Position numbers and translations under genes: made by a program
Notes under the pieces: model-generated
The model's input: only the letters and a program-made list of their open reading frames with translations
Told to the model about the DNA's origin: nothing
The model's database searches: none
Source: Candidatus Binatia bacterium
GTDB taxonomy: Bacteria; Desulfobacterota; Binatia; HRBIN30
Assembly: GCA_038245295.1 (NCBI GenBank)
Contig: JBBRSP010000013.1
Span: forward strand, 87,414-151,413
DNA: 64,000 nt
Direction: 5' to 3'
Shown here: one piece after another, positions 8,021-19,500 of the stretch
Numbering within the stretch: the first letter of the stretch is position 1
Layout: every line of letters starts with the position of its first letter

Positions 8021-10651
8021 TTACGCCGCGGCGATCGGCAGCGTGACACGAAATTGCGCGCCGCCCTGCGGGTTGTTGAGCGCTGCGATGCAACCACCGT
8101 GGCCCTCGACAATCGAGCGGCTGATCGTCAGGCCCATACCCAGGCCGGAGGTTTTGGTGGTGAAGAACGGTTCAAACATCCTTTCGCTAATGTTGGCGCC
8201 TAGTCCATCGCCTGTGTCCTCGACGAGGATATCGATCGCCGCGTCGCCCGACGGCGCGGTGCGCACGCTGATGCGCTGTGGCGAACCGTTGCTGGTCTTG
8301 ATCGCCTCGAGACTATTCAGCACGAGGTTGAGGACAACTTGACCGATCTGGATTGGGTCGACGCTCACCGCCGGCAGATTCGGCGCCAGGTCAAGACTCA
8401 GCGTGACAGCGTGCTGACGCATCTGGTTGTCGACCACACGCACGGCCTCGCGCACTACCGTGTTGATGTCGGCGTTCTCACGGGTCGCTTCGCGCTTTTC
8501 CACCATGGAGCGTAGGCGTCGGATGATCTCTCCGGCGCGCAGGGCCTGTGTCGCAATCTCCTCCAGAACAGGCAACAACTCGGTGCTTGGGGCGTCACCA
8601 CCGACAATCCGGTTGCGGCAACCGCGTGCATAGTTGGCGATCGCGGCGAGGGGTTGGTTGATTTCATGCGCCAGCCCGGCCGCTAACTCGCCGATCGTGT
8701 GCAGGCGAAGGACGTGTGACAACTCGGCGCGATGCTCGCGTTCGCGTTCCTCGGCTTGCTTGCGATCGGTGATATCTTTGGCGAACACCGTCGCCCCGGT
8801 GACCTGTTCGTCGCTGAGAATCGGTGTCATCGAGATCAGGTACGAGCGCATCTCGCCACGCATCGGATACTCACGTTCGAACACCAGGTGCTCTCCGTTC
8901 AGAACCCGCGTGTAGAGTGGGAACCACGCGGCGCTCTCGAGGGCGGGCGCACGTGTTTCGAGCGATTCGCCGATGCGCAGCGGCCGCTGATATGCCTCCT
9001 CGAACCACCGAATTGCGACCGGATTGACCACGGCGAGCCGGCAGTCACGATCGATCGACCAAATTGCATCGGTCGTATTGTGGACTAACGCTGACAGTTG
9101 GCTCTGCGACAATTGCAGTGCCGCCTCCATCTGTTTGCGTGGTGTGATGTCGGTTGAAATACCGCAAATTCCGTAGGCGGCGCCGTATGTGTCGCGCATC
9201 GGGAACTTCAGGGAAACGTAGGTGTGGTCGCCGTCGTCGTGGGGCACCGTCTCTTCGAATGTGAGTTGGTGACCGGCGGTCAGGACCTCTAGATCATTTT
9301 TGCGGAAGAGCTCCGCCGCCGCGCTTGGGAACATGTCAAAATCCGTGCGGCCGACAACCTGTTCGCGGTCGACGTGGAACACGTCCTCGTACTGTCGGTT
9401 GATGAGAACGTAGCGGCCGTCGACGTCCTTCAAATAGATCATCGCCGTCGTGTTATCGAGAATGTCCTGCAGCTGTTGCCGGCTGCGTCGGAGAGCCTCG
9501 GCGACTTGCCGGCGTTCTTTGATCTCGTCCGCGAGCTTGGAGTTGGCGGCTTCCCATTGGGCGGTGCGTTCGATGACGCGGCGTTCAAGGTCGGCAGTGA
9601 GGCGGGCGATTGCTTCCTCGGCTTGTCGCTGCTCGGTGATTTCCCGGACGACACAGCTGATGGCGGCAACTTCGCCGTGAGTATCTACGATTGGCCAGTA
9701 TCTCGCTCGCCAGTGGCGTGTGACCCCCGGAGCAAGGGGGGTGGTGCCGGTGACTTCCATCTCCGGCGCCGGTTGTCGAGTGGCGAAGATCCCACGGTAG
9801 ACAGGTTCAAGGTCATCGGCGAGCTCAGGTAGTATTTCGCGTATGGTGCGGCCTAGGTGCGCCTGGGCGGGAACTCCGTTTATTTCGGCGAGGGTGTCGT
9901 TGATACGCACGAAGCGCAGGTCGCGATCGATCAGGGAGAAGCCGACGGGCGCGGTTTTGTAGAGCGTATCGAGCTGCAGAAGATTGTCACGGATCTGTGA
10001 TTCGCGTGCTTGGATAATCGCCGCTGATCTTCGTAGGGCCAGGCCGCGTTCAATCGAAAGCACGCTGTTGCGTCGGCGCACGGCCGCCGCGTAGAGCGAT
10101 GCGCCGCAGATGATGATGGTCGCGGCCAGAGGTGGCGCCTGGAGGGCCTGTGTCATGTCACCGGTGGCGCCGGCGATGGCACCGATGGTCGTGATGGCGA
10201 TCACAATCAGTGCGGCTACCTGCCCGCCGATGCCCCAAGGGACCGCCGTCGACAGGCTGGCGGCCAGGGCCAGGTTGACCATGATCGGTGTGACGAGGTC
10301 CCCATGCATGGCGAAAGGCCAGGCGTTTTGAATGCAGCCAATCCCGAGAGAGAAAACCGACAGTAGGATAGCCCGGCGAACCGCCCTGGCGGAGTAGGTC
10401 TCGATCCCCAGACCGATCACCACGACGACCAGAATCCAGCGGACCGCCCCGATGCGCAGATCGTGAACCGGCTCAAACAGGATGTCAGCCAGACCAAAGG
10501 TGAAATTGGCGATCAGGCAGATCACCAGCGCGGCACGCAGCAGCGACAAGATTTCCGTGCCAAGCTCAGCGCGGATCTGCGCCGCGCCGCCACCGGCGAC
10601 AAGCGGGATGTCTATGGCCGGATCGGTGCGATGACCTCGTTCAAACTGCAT
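8021..10651 (-). CDS. Membrane-bound multi-PAS sensor histidine kinase (FixL/TodS-like C-terminus)
   Basis: N-terminal TM region, three PAS/PAC segments, H-box AHEINQPL, N-box NLVLNS, G-boxes DTGDG and GLGMGL. Confidence 0.9.
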   Translation of the reverse strand: MQFERGHRTDPAIDIPLVAGGGAAQIRAELGTEILSLLRAALVICLIANFTFGLADILFEPVHDLRIGAVRWILVVVVIGLGIETYSARAVRRAILLSVFSLGIGCIQNAWPFAMHGDLVTPIMVNLALAASLSTAVPWGIGGQVAALIVIAITTIGAIAGATGDMTQALQAPPLAATIIICGASLYAAAVRRRNSVLSIERGLALRRSAAIIQARESQIRDNLLQLDTLYKTAPVGFSLIDRDLRFVRINDTLAEINGVPAQAHLGRTIREILPELADDLEPVYRGIFATRQPAPEMEVTGTTPLAPGVTRHWRARYWPIVDTHGEVAAISCVVREITEQRQAEEAIARLTADLERRVIERTAQWEAANSKLADEIKERRQVAEALRRSRQQLQDILDNTTAMIYLKDVDGRYVLINRQYEDVFHVDREQVVGRTDFDMFPSAAAELFRKNDLEVLTAGHQLTFEETVPHDDGDHTYVSLKFPMRDTYGAAYGICGISTDITPRKQMEAALQLSQSQLSALVHNTTDAIWSIDRDCRLAVVNPVAIRWFEEAYQRPLRIGESLETRAPALESAAWFPLYTRVLNGEHLVFEREYPMRGEMRSYLISMTPILSDEQVTGATVFAKDITDRKQAEEREREHRAELSHVLRLHTIGELAAGLAHEINQPLAAIANYARGCRNRIVGGDAPSTELLPVLEEIATQALRAGEIIRRLRSMVEKREATRENADINTVVREAVRVVDNQMRQHAVTLSLDLAPNLPAVSVDPIQIGQVVLNLVLNSLEAIKTSNGSPQRISVRTAPSGDAAIDILVEDTGDGLGANISERMFEPFFTTKTSGLGMGLTISRSIVEGHGGCIAALNNPQGGAQFRVTLPIAAA

Positions 10652-10816
10652 CCTGTAGTTCGCCCCCTGTGTTGACTGCCCGTATCATCGGTCGTCGCAT
10701 CTCGCTCTCCCCCCGAGATCGAGATGCTACCGAGCTATCAAACGAACAGCAACGTCGTCAGTCCTTACCAGGGCGGGGTGCAAATGCCACCGCCAGCGTC
10801 TAGTTTCCCAGCCACC

Positions 10817-12241
10817 ATGGAGAGCCAACGTCGCGACTTTCGCCATACCAAGATCATCTGCACTCTCGGCCCGGCCAGCTCGACATCGGAGATGATCGAG
10901 AAGATGGCCCGCGCCGGGATGAACATTGCCCGGCTCAACATGTCGCATGGCGATCAGCAGACGCATCTGGCCAACATCCGCCGTATCCAGTCGCTCAACC
11001 GTACGTTGAATCATCCGGTGGCGATTCTGTTGGACCTGCGCGGCCCCGAAATTCGCACAGGTGAGGTTCGTGACGATCTAAATCTCGTGGTTGGCGAAAT
11101 CTATACCGTCACCGTCCTTCCCGGCACCGACCCGGAAGAGAAGAGCATCCATATCGATTACCAGGACATGATCTCGCACCTGAAGGAAGGGGCGCGTATC
11201 ACGGTCGACAACGGGCTGATCAACCTGGAGGTGGTCGAGATTCGCACCCACGACCTGCGCTGTCGGGTCCTCGACGGCGGCACCCTTGGGTCGCGCAAAC
11301 ACATCAATCTCCCTGGCGTACGAGTCAATCTTCCGTCGATCACCGAGAAGGACAAAGCCGATATCCGCTTTGGCATCGAGCACGATGTCGATTTCATTGC
11401 CCTGTCGTTCGTGCGCAATGCCGATACCGTCGTGGCGGCGCGCGCTCTGATGGGGGATGCGCGCGGCGGCCCGAGGATCATTGCCAAGATTGAAAACCAG
11501 GAGGGCGTCGAGAATTTCGACAGCATTCTCGCCGTCACCGACGGCGTCATGATCGCCCGCGGTGACCTCGGCGTCGAAGTCGAATTCTTCGAGCTGCCGG
11601 TGATCCAACGGGAAATTACCCGCAAGTGTGTCATCGCCGGCAAGCCGGTGATCGTCGCGACCCATCTGCTTGAGTCGATGATCGAGAACCCGATGCCGAC
11701 ACGCGCCGAGGTCAGCGACATCGCCAATGCTGTTTTCGAAGAGGCCGACGCGGTGATGCTGAGCGGCGAGACCGCAGCCGGGAAACATCCCGAGCGCTGC
11801 ATCGAAGTGCTCGACAAGATCGTTCGACGCATGGAGAAGGTCGACTCCATTGGCGCCTATCTGACACGCCAACCGAGCACGACCCTGGAGCAATTGGCGC
11901 GCGCTGCCTGCCGTCTCGCCGACGACATCGATGCACGGGCGATCCTCGTGTTCACGCGGCGTGGCGTCCTCGGGCGTCTTGTTGCCAGCTTCCATCCGAA
12001 ACGCGCCATCATTTATGCCTTCACCAACATGAGCACGACGCGCCGCAAGTTGTGGCTGAGCCGCTCGGTCGTACCGTTTCGGATGGCGTTTTCCAGCGAT
12101 CCGGAGAAGACGGTCATCGCCGCCTTGGAGAAATTGCGCAAACGCTCACGCCTCATGGCGGGGGATCAGGTGGTGGTGGTCTCGGATGTCGTGGCCGGCG
12201 CGGAACGTCTGGCAACCATCCAGGTGCGCGTCTTCGCCTGA
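10817..12241 (+). CDS. pyk: Pyruvate kinase
   Basis: TKIICTLGPAS, ARLNMSHG, IAKIEN, MIARGDLGVE, PTRAEVSD, VMLSGETA; start uncertain (ORF is open from 10724). Confidence 0.95.
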   Translation: MESQRRDFRHTKIICTLGPASSTSEMIEKMARAGMNIARLNMSHGDQQTHLANIRRIQSLNRTLNHPVAILLDLRGPEIRTGEVRDDLNLVVGEIYTVTVLPGTDPEEKSIHIDYQDMISHLKEGARITVDNGLINLEVVEIRTHDLRCRVLDGGTLGSRKHINLPGVRVNLPSITEKDKADIRFGIEHDVDFIALSFVRNADTVVAARALMGDARGGPRIIAKIENQEGVENFDSILAVTDGVMIARGDLGVEVEFFELPVIQREITRKCVIAGKPVIVATHLLESMIENPMPTRAEVSDIANAVFEEADAVMLSGETAAGKHPERCIEVLDKIVRRMEKVDSIGAYLTRQPSTTLEQLARAACRLADDIDARAILVFTRRGVLGRLVASFHPKRAIIYAFTNMSTTRRKLWLSRSVVPFRMAFSSDPEKTVIAALEKLRKRSRLMAGDQVVVVSDVVAGAERLATIQVRVFA

Positions 12242-12347
12242 GGTCGGCGGCTCCGAGGGGGCGTGGACAATCCGTCGTTGACTGTAGGTTGCAAACAATG
12301 ATAGCGCGCTCGCTCGTGGAGAAGTCTTGGGGATTGGAGCTAAAACG

Positions 12348-13616
12348 GTGATTTCGAGGTGTCTGCGACTGATTCCGATGGTGCTGCTGTGTGCACCGAT
12401 TTGGGGCTGCGGCGGCGAAACGAACGTTTCCGGAACCACGGGGACGTCGCATACCCCGATCAATACACCGACCAAGGCGGCGACGCGGACGCGCACCATC
12501 ACCCCAACCCGGGTCAATACGGGAACTCCGACCAATACCCCAACGCACACGGCCACTCGGACCGGCACGCCGACGCGAACGGGGACGCCAACGCAGACCT
12601 CGACGCTCCGACCGACGAATACGTTCACGCCGAGCCAAACGTCGCGGCCGTCTAATACCCGCACCCCGACAAACACCGCGACGCCGCTCGTCAGCCTGAC
12701 ACCGACGCTGAGCCCGCAGCCGACGCTGACGCCGACCATTACCAATACTCCCGAGCCAACCGCCACAGCGTCGCAGACCTCGACTCCGACGATTTCGGCG
12801 ACGGCAACCGCCAGCCCGAGTGTCACCGAAACTCCTGAGGTCGCACCGCTTGGCAGCAGGACATTCAGTCTCGCGGCCGGCTCAGGGTTTTACAGCTCGT
12901 TCGTCCCGACCTCGAAGCTGGGAACGCCGAGTGGTTCGATGCGACTCGACGCCGGGGCGCCCGGCGGCAATGGACACGCGACGGTCACCGTTACCGGCCC
13001 CAGCAACTTCACCACGGTGCTCGCCCTTGGCGGTGTCACGCTGTGTACGCGCATCGAGTCGTGCACCGGAACTCTTTACTGTAACGGTGGGGCCAACGTT
13101 GATGCGACGGAAACGCTCGATAGCCTCGTGCCCGGCCTCACCTGTGTCCGCGATGGCACCAATATGTGTACGACAGCCGCCAACAGCGTGTGTTGCAGCA
13201 ACGCTTGCGAAGGCACCGGTGTGGGCAGCGGCAATACTGTGGTTAGCGCCCAGGGGGTGAACCCGGCGGTCGATAGCGGCGCAGGGGCGCTCATTCTGGA
13301 CTGCATGCAACGATCGAAGCAAGTGGAGCGCACGACCGGTGTCAACTGTGCGACCGAGGACTACTCGGCGGCTGGCTTGTCGCACCAGTTCTACACGACC
13401 GGCAGTGATGCCGCCGTTGTTACCAATCACTGTGCGGGGTCGGGCGCCCCGGGAACGCGCGTGCCGCGTTTCACCAAGACAGGCCAGAACTTCAGCTGCG
13501 CCATGTGGACGTTGACGAGCGGCCCCGGCAGCCTGGCGTTCGCGATCCCCAGCGAGCAACCGTCCGACGTCATCACCGGCGACGGCTCGAACGTCGGCGT
13601 GTTCAGTAGCCACTGA
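12348..13616 (+). CDS. Putative lipoprotein with long Thr/Pro-rich stalk and Cys-rich C-terminal domain
   Basis: Lipobox-like IWGC, ~130-aa T/P low-complexity linker, C-terminal domain with many Cys; GTG start after GGAG (ORF open from 12327). Confidence 0.7.
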   Translation: MISRCLRLIPMVLLCAPIWGCGGETNVSGTTGTSHTPINTPTKAATRTRTITPTRVNTGTPTNTPTHTATRTGTPTRTGTPTQTSTLRPTNTFTPSQTSRPSNTRTPTNTATPLVSLTPTLSPQPTLTPTITNTPEPTATASQTSTPTISATATASPSVTETPEVAPLGSRTFSLAAGSGFYSSFVPTSKLGTPSGSMRLDAGAPGGNGHATVTVTGPSNFTTVLALGGVTLCTRIESCTGTLYCNGGANVDATETLDSLVPGLTCVRDGTNMCTTAANSVCCSNACEGTGVGSGNTVVSAQGVNPAVDSGAGALILDCMQRSKQVERTTGVNCATEDYSAAGLSHQFYTTGSDAAVVTNHCAGSGAPGTRVPRFTKTGQNFSCAMWTLTSGPGSLAFAIPSEQPSDVITGDGSNVGVFSSH

Positions 13617-13772
13617 AGCTAGCGGTTGGCTGCTCCTCGGTTACGCGGTCAGGGAGAAGGGTCATCTGTCCCCCGCGCCAGCCGCTAGCCGCGTGACGCC
13701 GCGCCTTACGCTACTGGATCGAACCCGTCGTTCTGACTATTGTCCGGCGACTCATTTGTTGGAGGCTACACC

Positions 13773-15569
13773 ATGACTACTTACGCAGCGCCGCTGCGCG
13801 ATATCGAATTCGTCCTCAATGACCTGCTCGACTACAACCAGTTGACGGGGATCGAGCGTTTCGCGCACGCCGACGTGGCGGTGGTTCACGACCTTCTCAC
13901 TGAAGCCGGGCGTTTCATGGGCGAGACGATCGCGCCGCTCAATCAGAGTGGCGACGTGCAAGGCAGCGTGCGTAATGCCGACGGTTCGGTGACCACACCA
14001 AAGGGATTCGCCGCGGCCTATTCGGCCTATGTTCAGGGTGGCTGGGGCGCTGTGCCATTTGAGCCGGAGTTCGGCGGTGGTGGCTTCCCGTGGATCATCG
14101 GCGTCGCTCTGCAGGAGATCCTGTGCTCCGCCAACATGGCGTTCTCGATGGCGCCGCTGCTGACGCAGGGAGCCATCGATGCGGTGGAGCACCAGGCCAG
14201 CGCCGAGCTCAAGGCCACCTATCTGCCCAAGATGGTGAGCGGCGAGTGGACCGGTACCATGAACCTCACCGAGCCCGACGCCGGCAGCGACGTTGGTGCC
14301 GTGCGCACGCGTGCCGACAAGCAGGCCGACGGCACGTACAAGATCAAAGGCACCAAGATCTACATTACCTTCGGCGAGCACGACATGGCGGACAACATCG
14401 TCCACCTGGTGCTGGCTCGCACGCAGGGCGCTCCCGCCGGAACCCGTGGGATCTCGTGCTTCATTGTGCCCAAGTTCCTGGTGAACGCCGATGGCAGCCT
14501 GGGCGAGCGCAACGACGTGAGTTGCGTGTCGATCGAACACAAGATGGGCATCAAGGCGAGCCCGACCTGTGTGCTCGAGTTCGGCGAGAAGGGCGGCGCC
14601 ATAGGCTACCTGCTCGGCGAAGAAAACCGCGGCATGCAGACCATGTTCATCATGATGAACCAGGCTCGATTGTCGGTTGGCCTCGAAGGTCTGAGTCTGG
14701 CGGAACGGGCGTACCAACAAGCGTTGGCCTTCGCGCAGGAACGCCGCCAAGGGCGCGCCCCGGGAGCGCAAGGTGGCGGTTCGTCGGCGATCATCGAGCA
14801 CCCCGATGTGCGTCGCATGCTGCTGACGATGAAGTCGACGATCGAGGCAATGCGTCGCTTACACTACTGGAATGCACTGGCCATCGATCTCGGGCGCCAT
14901 CATGGTGACGAAGCGGTGCGCAACCACAACAACGAAGTGGCGGCGCTGCTGACGCCCCTGTCGAAGGCGTGGGCCACGGATATGAGCAACGAGCTCACCG
15001 GCATCGCCATCCAGGTGCACGGCGGCATGGGCTTTATCGAAGAGACCGGTGTGGCGCAGCATTACCGCGATGCGCGTATTACGACGATCTACGAAGGCAC
15101 CAATGGTATCCAGGCGATGGATCTGGTCGGTCGCAAGCTGCCGATGCGCGGCGGGGCCGCGGTGCGCGACCACCTTGGCACCATCGGTGCCCTTGATCCC
15201 GAGCTCGCCAAACATCCCGAGTTGGCGCAGATGCGCGACGAGCTGCACAAAGCGCTGACGGCGACGTCGGAGGCCACCGAGTGGCTGCTCAAACACGGCT
15301 CGGATGGCACCGCATTGCTGTCCGCCGCGACACCCTACCTCAAGTTGTTGGCGACGGTGACGGCGGCATCCCTGATGGCACGTTCGGCACTCGTGGCGCT
15401 CAAGCAGTTGGCCGCCGGGGGCGGCGACGAAAAGTTCCTGCGCGCCAAGGTGACGACGGCCCGATTCTTCTGCGAGCAGCTGTTGCCGCCGACGTGTGGT
15501 TTGTTGACGTCGGTAACCGCGGGCTCGACACACCTCTTCGATCTCGACGCTCAGGCGCTCAACGCGTAG
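13773..15569 (+). CDS. Acyl-CoA dehydrogenase (long form with C-terminal domain)
   Basis: TMNLTEPDAGSD, KIYITFGEHD, EHKMGIKASPTC, QVHGGMGF, IYEGTNGIQAMDL; GGAGG RBS. Confidence 0.93.
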   Translation: MTTYAAPLRDIEFVLNDLLDYNQLTGIERFAHADVAVVHDLLTEAGRFMGETIAPLNQSGDVQGSVRNADGSVTTPKGFAAAYSAYVQGGWGAVPFEPEFGGGGFPWIIGVALQEILCSANMAFSMAPLLTQGAIDAVEHQASAELKATYLPKMVSGEWTGTMNLTEPDAGSDVGAVRTRADKQADGTYKIKGTKIYITFGEHDMADNIVHLVLARTQGAPAGTRGISCFIVPKFLVNADGSLGERNDVSCVSIEHKMGIKASPTCVLEFGEKGGAIGYLLGEENRGMQTMFIMMNQARLSVGLEGLSLAERAYQQALAFAQERRQGRAPGAQGGGSSAIIEHPDVRRMLLTMKSTIEAMRRLHYWNALAIDLGRHHGDEAVRNHNNEVAALLTPLSKAWATDMSNELTGIAIQVHGGMGFIEETGVAQHYRDARITTIYEGTNGIQAMDLVGRKLPMRGGAAVRDHLGTIGALDPELAKHPELAQMRDELHKALTATSEATEWLLKHGSDGTALLSAATPYLKLLATVTAASLMARSALVALKQLAAGGGDEKFLRAKVTTARFFCEQLLPPTCGLLTSVTAGSTHLFDLDAQALNA

Positions 15570-15759
15570 CGGCTTTCGACACGCCCCGTCCTGAACACCG
15601 TCGGAGGGCCGCCAAACGGACGGCGGCTCCTCAGACGGGTGAGGGCTCGCCTCGGCTTCTGAGTCCGCCGGCTCAACCTTCACTCCAACCCCAACGTGGT
15701 CCACGATGCGATCACCTCTCTTGCGGGCTCCATTGAGGCTCCGGTAGTCTCGCTGACCG

Positions 15760-16254
15760 ATGGCTAAAAAACTTGTACTGATCGCCTCGGACCATGCTGG
15801 CGTGGAACTCAAGAAGCTTCTTCAAAAGGCCCTTCCCGACTGGGAATGGCTGGACCTCGGTCCGATCGATACCGCCCGGGTGGACTACCCCGACTTTGCG
15901 CGCCTCCTCTCGACGAAGATCGTCTCCGGCGAGGCCCGCGAAGGCGTCCTCGTTTGCGGCAGCGGCATTGGCATGAGCATCGCCGCCAACAAGATCGCCG
16001 GGATCCGTGCAGCGGTGGTTGAAAACCCGGTCGCGGCCCGTCTATCGCGCGAGCACAACCACGCCAACGTCCTCTGCCTGGGATCGCGCTTCATCGCGCC
16101 CGAGTACGGCGCCGAGATCGTGCGGATCTGGCTGGAGACGCCGTGGAGCCATGACGGCCGCCACGAGGCGCGGGTCCAGAAAATCACCGAGCTTGAAGGA
16201 AATCAGAAACGAACGCTTTCCAGCCCGCGAATCAGAGACTCGGTTGACGGTTGA
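15760..16254 (+). CDS. rpiB: Ribose 5-phosphate isomerase B
   Basis: ASDHAG, VDYPD, CGSGIGMSIAANK, REHNHANVLCLG, RHEARV. Confidence 0.93.
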   Translation: MAKKLVLIASDHAGVELKKLLQKALPDWEWLDLGPIDTARVDYPDFARLLSTKIVSGEAREGVLVCGSGIGMSIAANKIAGIRAAVVENPVAARLSREHNHANVLCLGSRFIAPEYGAEIVRIWLETPWSHDGRHEARVQKITELEGNQKRTLSSPRIRDSVDG

Positions 16255-16536
16255 CACCTTGGTGCCGCGAGCGCGGCGCGCGAGGAGGTGAAAACCTCAC
16301 GATCAGTGCCCGCCGCCGTTGCGGTGACCAGCAAGGTTTCAGGCATTCATGTAGTCTCTGCTGTCGTTCAAGCACGAACTGCTCGGCGTCGCCGAGCCAA
16401 CGCGATGGCAGTGGCAAGGGCACCAGAAACCACGCCGGCGAGGTGTGGCCGCCCGGCGCGATGGCACGGTTCCCATCATACAGCCGACGGATCGCCTCCA
16501 GACCGCTTCCGCACGGCACTCTCACATCGATGAGGA

Positions 16537-19500
16537 TCATCCTCTGCACTGCACCGACGTTATGCTCCTGACGACGCGCGTCGTACAAATCGGATATCGC
16601 GCGAAGGCGAAATAGCCACTGGCATCTCGGATGGATAGATCGAGGGGACTGCGCAAGGTTGGGAAGCTGCCGGCCAGCTCGATGTGCAACTTGGCGCGCA
16701 GTGTCGTCAGGCCGTTGGTGCCGTAGACGAAGTGCATTCGGTCGGTGTGATGCAGCAACAGCTGCGTGCTGCAGAATGCATCACTGCCACCGGGGCAACC
16801 TCTACCCTGACTCAACGGTGGGCCGGGCAGCGTGGTTGCGATTGTCGCCCCTGCGGCATCGACCACGGCGATATCAATCGGGGCTTGAATCACCGAGTCG
16901 TTCAGCGGCGGAAGGTAACAGCCCGGCGGCGCCGGGCAGCGCGTCGCGCTGAGTTGCAGTTGAACTTCGTGCGGCCGCTGGGCGGTCCAGATGAACTTCA
17001 ATGTCTTTGCACCGAGGCATGGCCCCACTGCCGTAAATGGGGTTACGGTTGCGGTTGGCGCTCCTGGAACCGGGGTTCCCGTGGGTGTTCGAGTGGCGAG
17101 GTTGGCGACTGGGGTTCGCGTCGCGGTCGGGATCCCCGCAATCACGGTTCGCGTCGGGGTCAACGAACCCACCGGCGCCACAACACCGCCTTGGATGTTG
17201 GTAACGTCGCTCGACTGGTTGTTGCCGGCGTTTGTATCGTTGGCGGTGGAAACCGAAGCGATGTTCACCACCACCGCCGGCGCATCGTTGGCCACGACCA
17301 CATCAAGCGTAATCGTTGCAATCACCCCGACGGCCAGGGAATTGGCGTGCAGGCAGGTGACGCGCTGTGCGAAGGCAGAGCAAGCCCAGCCGCTGCCCGA
17401 AGCCGAGGCGTAGGTGAGCCCAACCGGCAGGTCGTCGATGATGGTGGTGACGCCCGCCGTGGCGCTGCTGCCCACATTGGTCAGGGTCAACGTGTAGGTG
17501 CCACGCTGCCCCGGACGGAACGAGCCCGAATGTCGCTTCACCAGACGCAGATCCGGTGCGCCTGTTCCAGGTATGAATGTCGACGTACGTGTTGGTGTCG
17601 CGGTGCGGCTTGCCGACGTAGATGTCGGCGTTGCCGGCACGAGAGCGGCCGTCACCTGGGTGATCGTAGCGTCACCGGGGGCTGCCGTGGCCGGATCATC
17701 GGTGCCCCCGGTGGGGAAACCAAAGATGAATCCCTGAGCTTGATTCGAAAGCTGGGTAACACCGGGCGGCAGCGGATTGTTGATCGTCACCAGAAAGCTT
17801 GTCGAAACACTGCCGCCGCGGCCGGGAATCGTCCCGACGTCCGCCGCCACTCGCGTGTCACCGGGATTGTTGCCGCTGGTGATCGTGCCCTGACTGATGC
17901 GTACAGATCCGACCACCAGGGTCGATGCCGGGTCGGGGTCGTCGATGGCCGAGATGCCCGTCACCGCTCCGTTGCCGGTGTTGGTGAAATCGATGAGATA
18001 GAGAAGCGTATCGCCGGCGCTCGGCACCCCGTTGCCGTCGGCGTCGGTGAACAGGACGGCGCGTTTCTCCGCCGTGCCGGCGCCACCCGCCGTCACCAAC
18101 GTAACTGTAGGGTCGTGCAGGGGCGCGGTGTCCGGATCGTCGGATGCCACCGTTGGCAATTCATTGCTGCTGACCAATGCTTGATTACTGATCTGCGTTA
18201 CCCCTGGGGCGAGAGGGTCGGTAATGGTGACGAGAAAGCGGACGGTGACGGCCCCTCCCAATCCCGGGATGGAGCCCATCGCGACAGCGACACTCGTATC
18301 CCCAGGATTGTTGCCGCTGCTGACGGTGCCGGCGCTGGTTTGCACCGATCCCACGACCAGGACCGCATTTGTGTCGATCGCGTCGGTGAGCCGGGTCAGC
18401 GTCGCCGCAATGTTGCCGCTGTTGTTGACCTGGATCACATACAACAGAGTATCGCCCGGCGACGGCGCGTTATCGCCATCGGCATCGGTGAACAGGCTGT
18501 CTCTTTTGCTCACTTCCAAGAGCGGCGCCGCAGTCACCACGGTTCCAGTTGCATCGTTGGGCGTGCTGGTGCTCGGGTCGTCCGTGGCGACGAACGGCAA
18601 CTCGTTACTGCCGCCGACCGCTTGATTGGCGACACGCGTCACACCGGCGGGCAGTGGAGAATTGATCGTTGCCAGGAAGCTTGCCGTGAACCGACCACCA
18701 CCGCCGGGGACTGTACCAATGGTGATGCCGACAGCGCTGTCGCCCGGGCTGTTGCCGCTGGTGATCGTGCCCTGGGTCGCTTGCACCGATCCGACCACCA
18801 GGGTCGTGTTGGGATCGAGGTTGTCGTTCAAAAAAGCGCCGGTTGCGGCGCTATTGCCGCTGTTCACAATATCGATGCGGTAAAGCAACGTATCGCCGGG
18901 CGAAGGAACCGTGTTGCCGTCCGCATCATTAAAAAGAGTAGCCGTCTTGTCGGCGCTGCCGGCCGGTGCGGCGGTTACGTGGGTCACCGTCGCATCGTTC
19001 GGCGCCGCCGTCGTTGGATCATCGGTGCCGCCTGACGGGAAGCCGAAGACAAATCCCTGAGCTTGATTCGCTACCTGGGTTACCCCCGGCGGCAAAGGGC
19101 TATTGATCGTCGCCAGAAAGCTGCCGGTGACACGGCCGCCGCGGCCGGGAATGGTTCCGACGTCGACGCCGATCGAGGTATCTCCGGGGCTGTTGCCGCT
19201 GGTGACGGTCCCTTGACTCACCTGCACCGAGCCGACGACCAGCGTGGTATTCGGATCGGGATTGTCGACCGCGGTGACGCTGCCTACGGACCCATTGCCG
19301 GTGTTGGTGAAGGCGAACAAATACAGCAGAGTGTCGCCGGGGCTTGGTGCCCCATCGCCGTCGGCATCGACGAACAGGGTGGCGGTCTTCGTGCCCTGGC
19401 CTGCAGGTCCAGCCGTAACCTGGGTGATCGTCGGATCGCGGTCCAACGCGGTCGTCGGGTCGCTGCTCGGCTCAGCCGGGAAGTTCGCTCCGGTTGCCTG

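Noticed and set aside
12440..12830. ACGCCGAC-type periodic DNA resembling a repeat array
   Set aside because: Explained by the Thr/Pro-coding linker; no constant repeat with unique spacers, so not CRISPR
15572..15670. Degenerate TTCGAC...CCTGA...CTCAG REP-like stretch after the acyl-CoA dehydrogenase
   Set aside because: Too degenerate, and no second copy in the window
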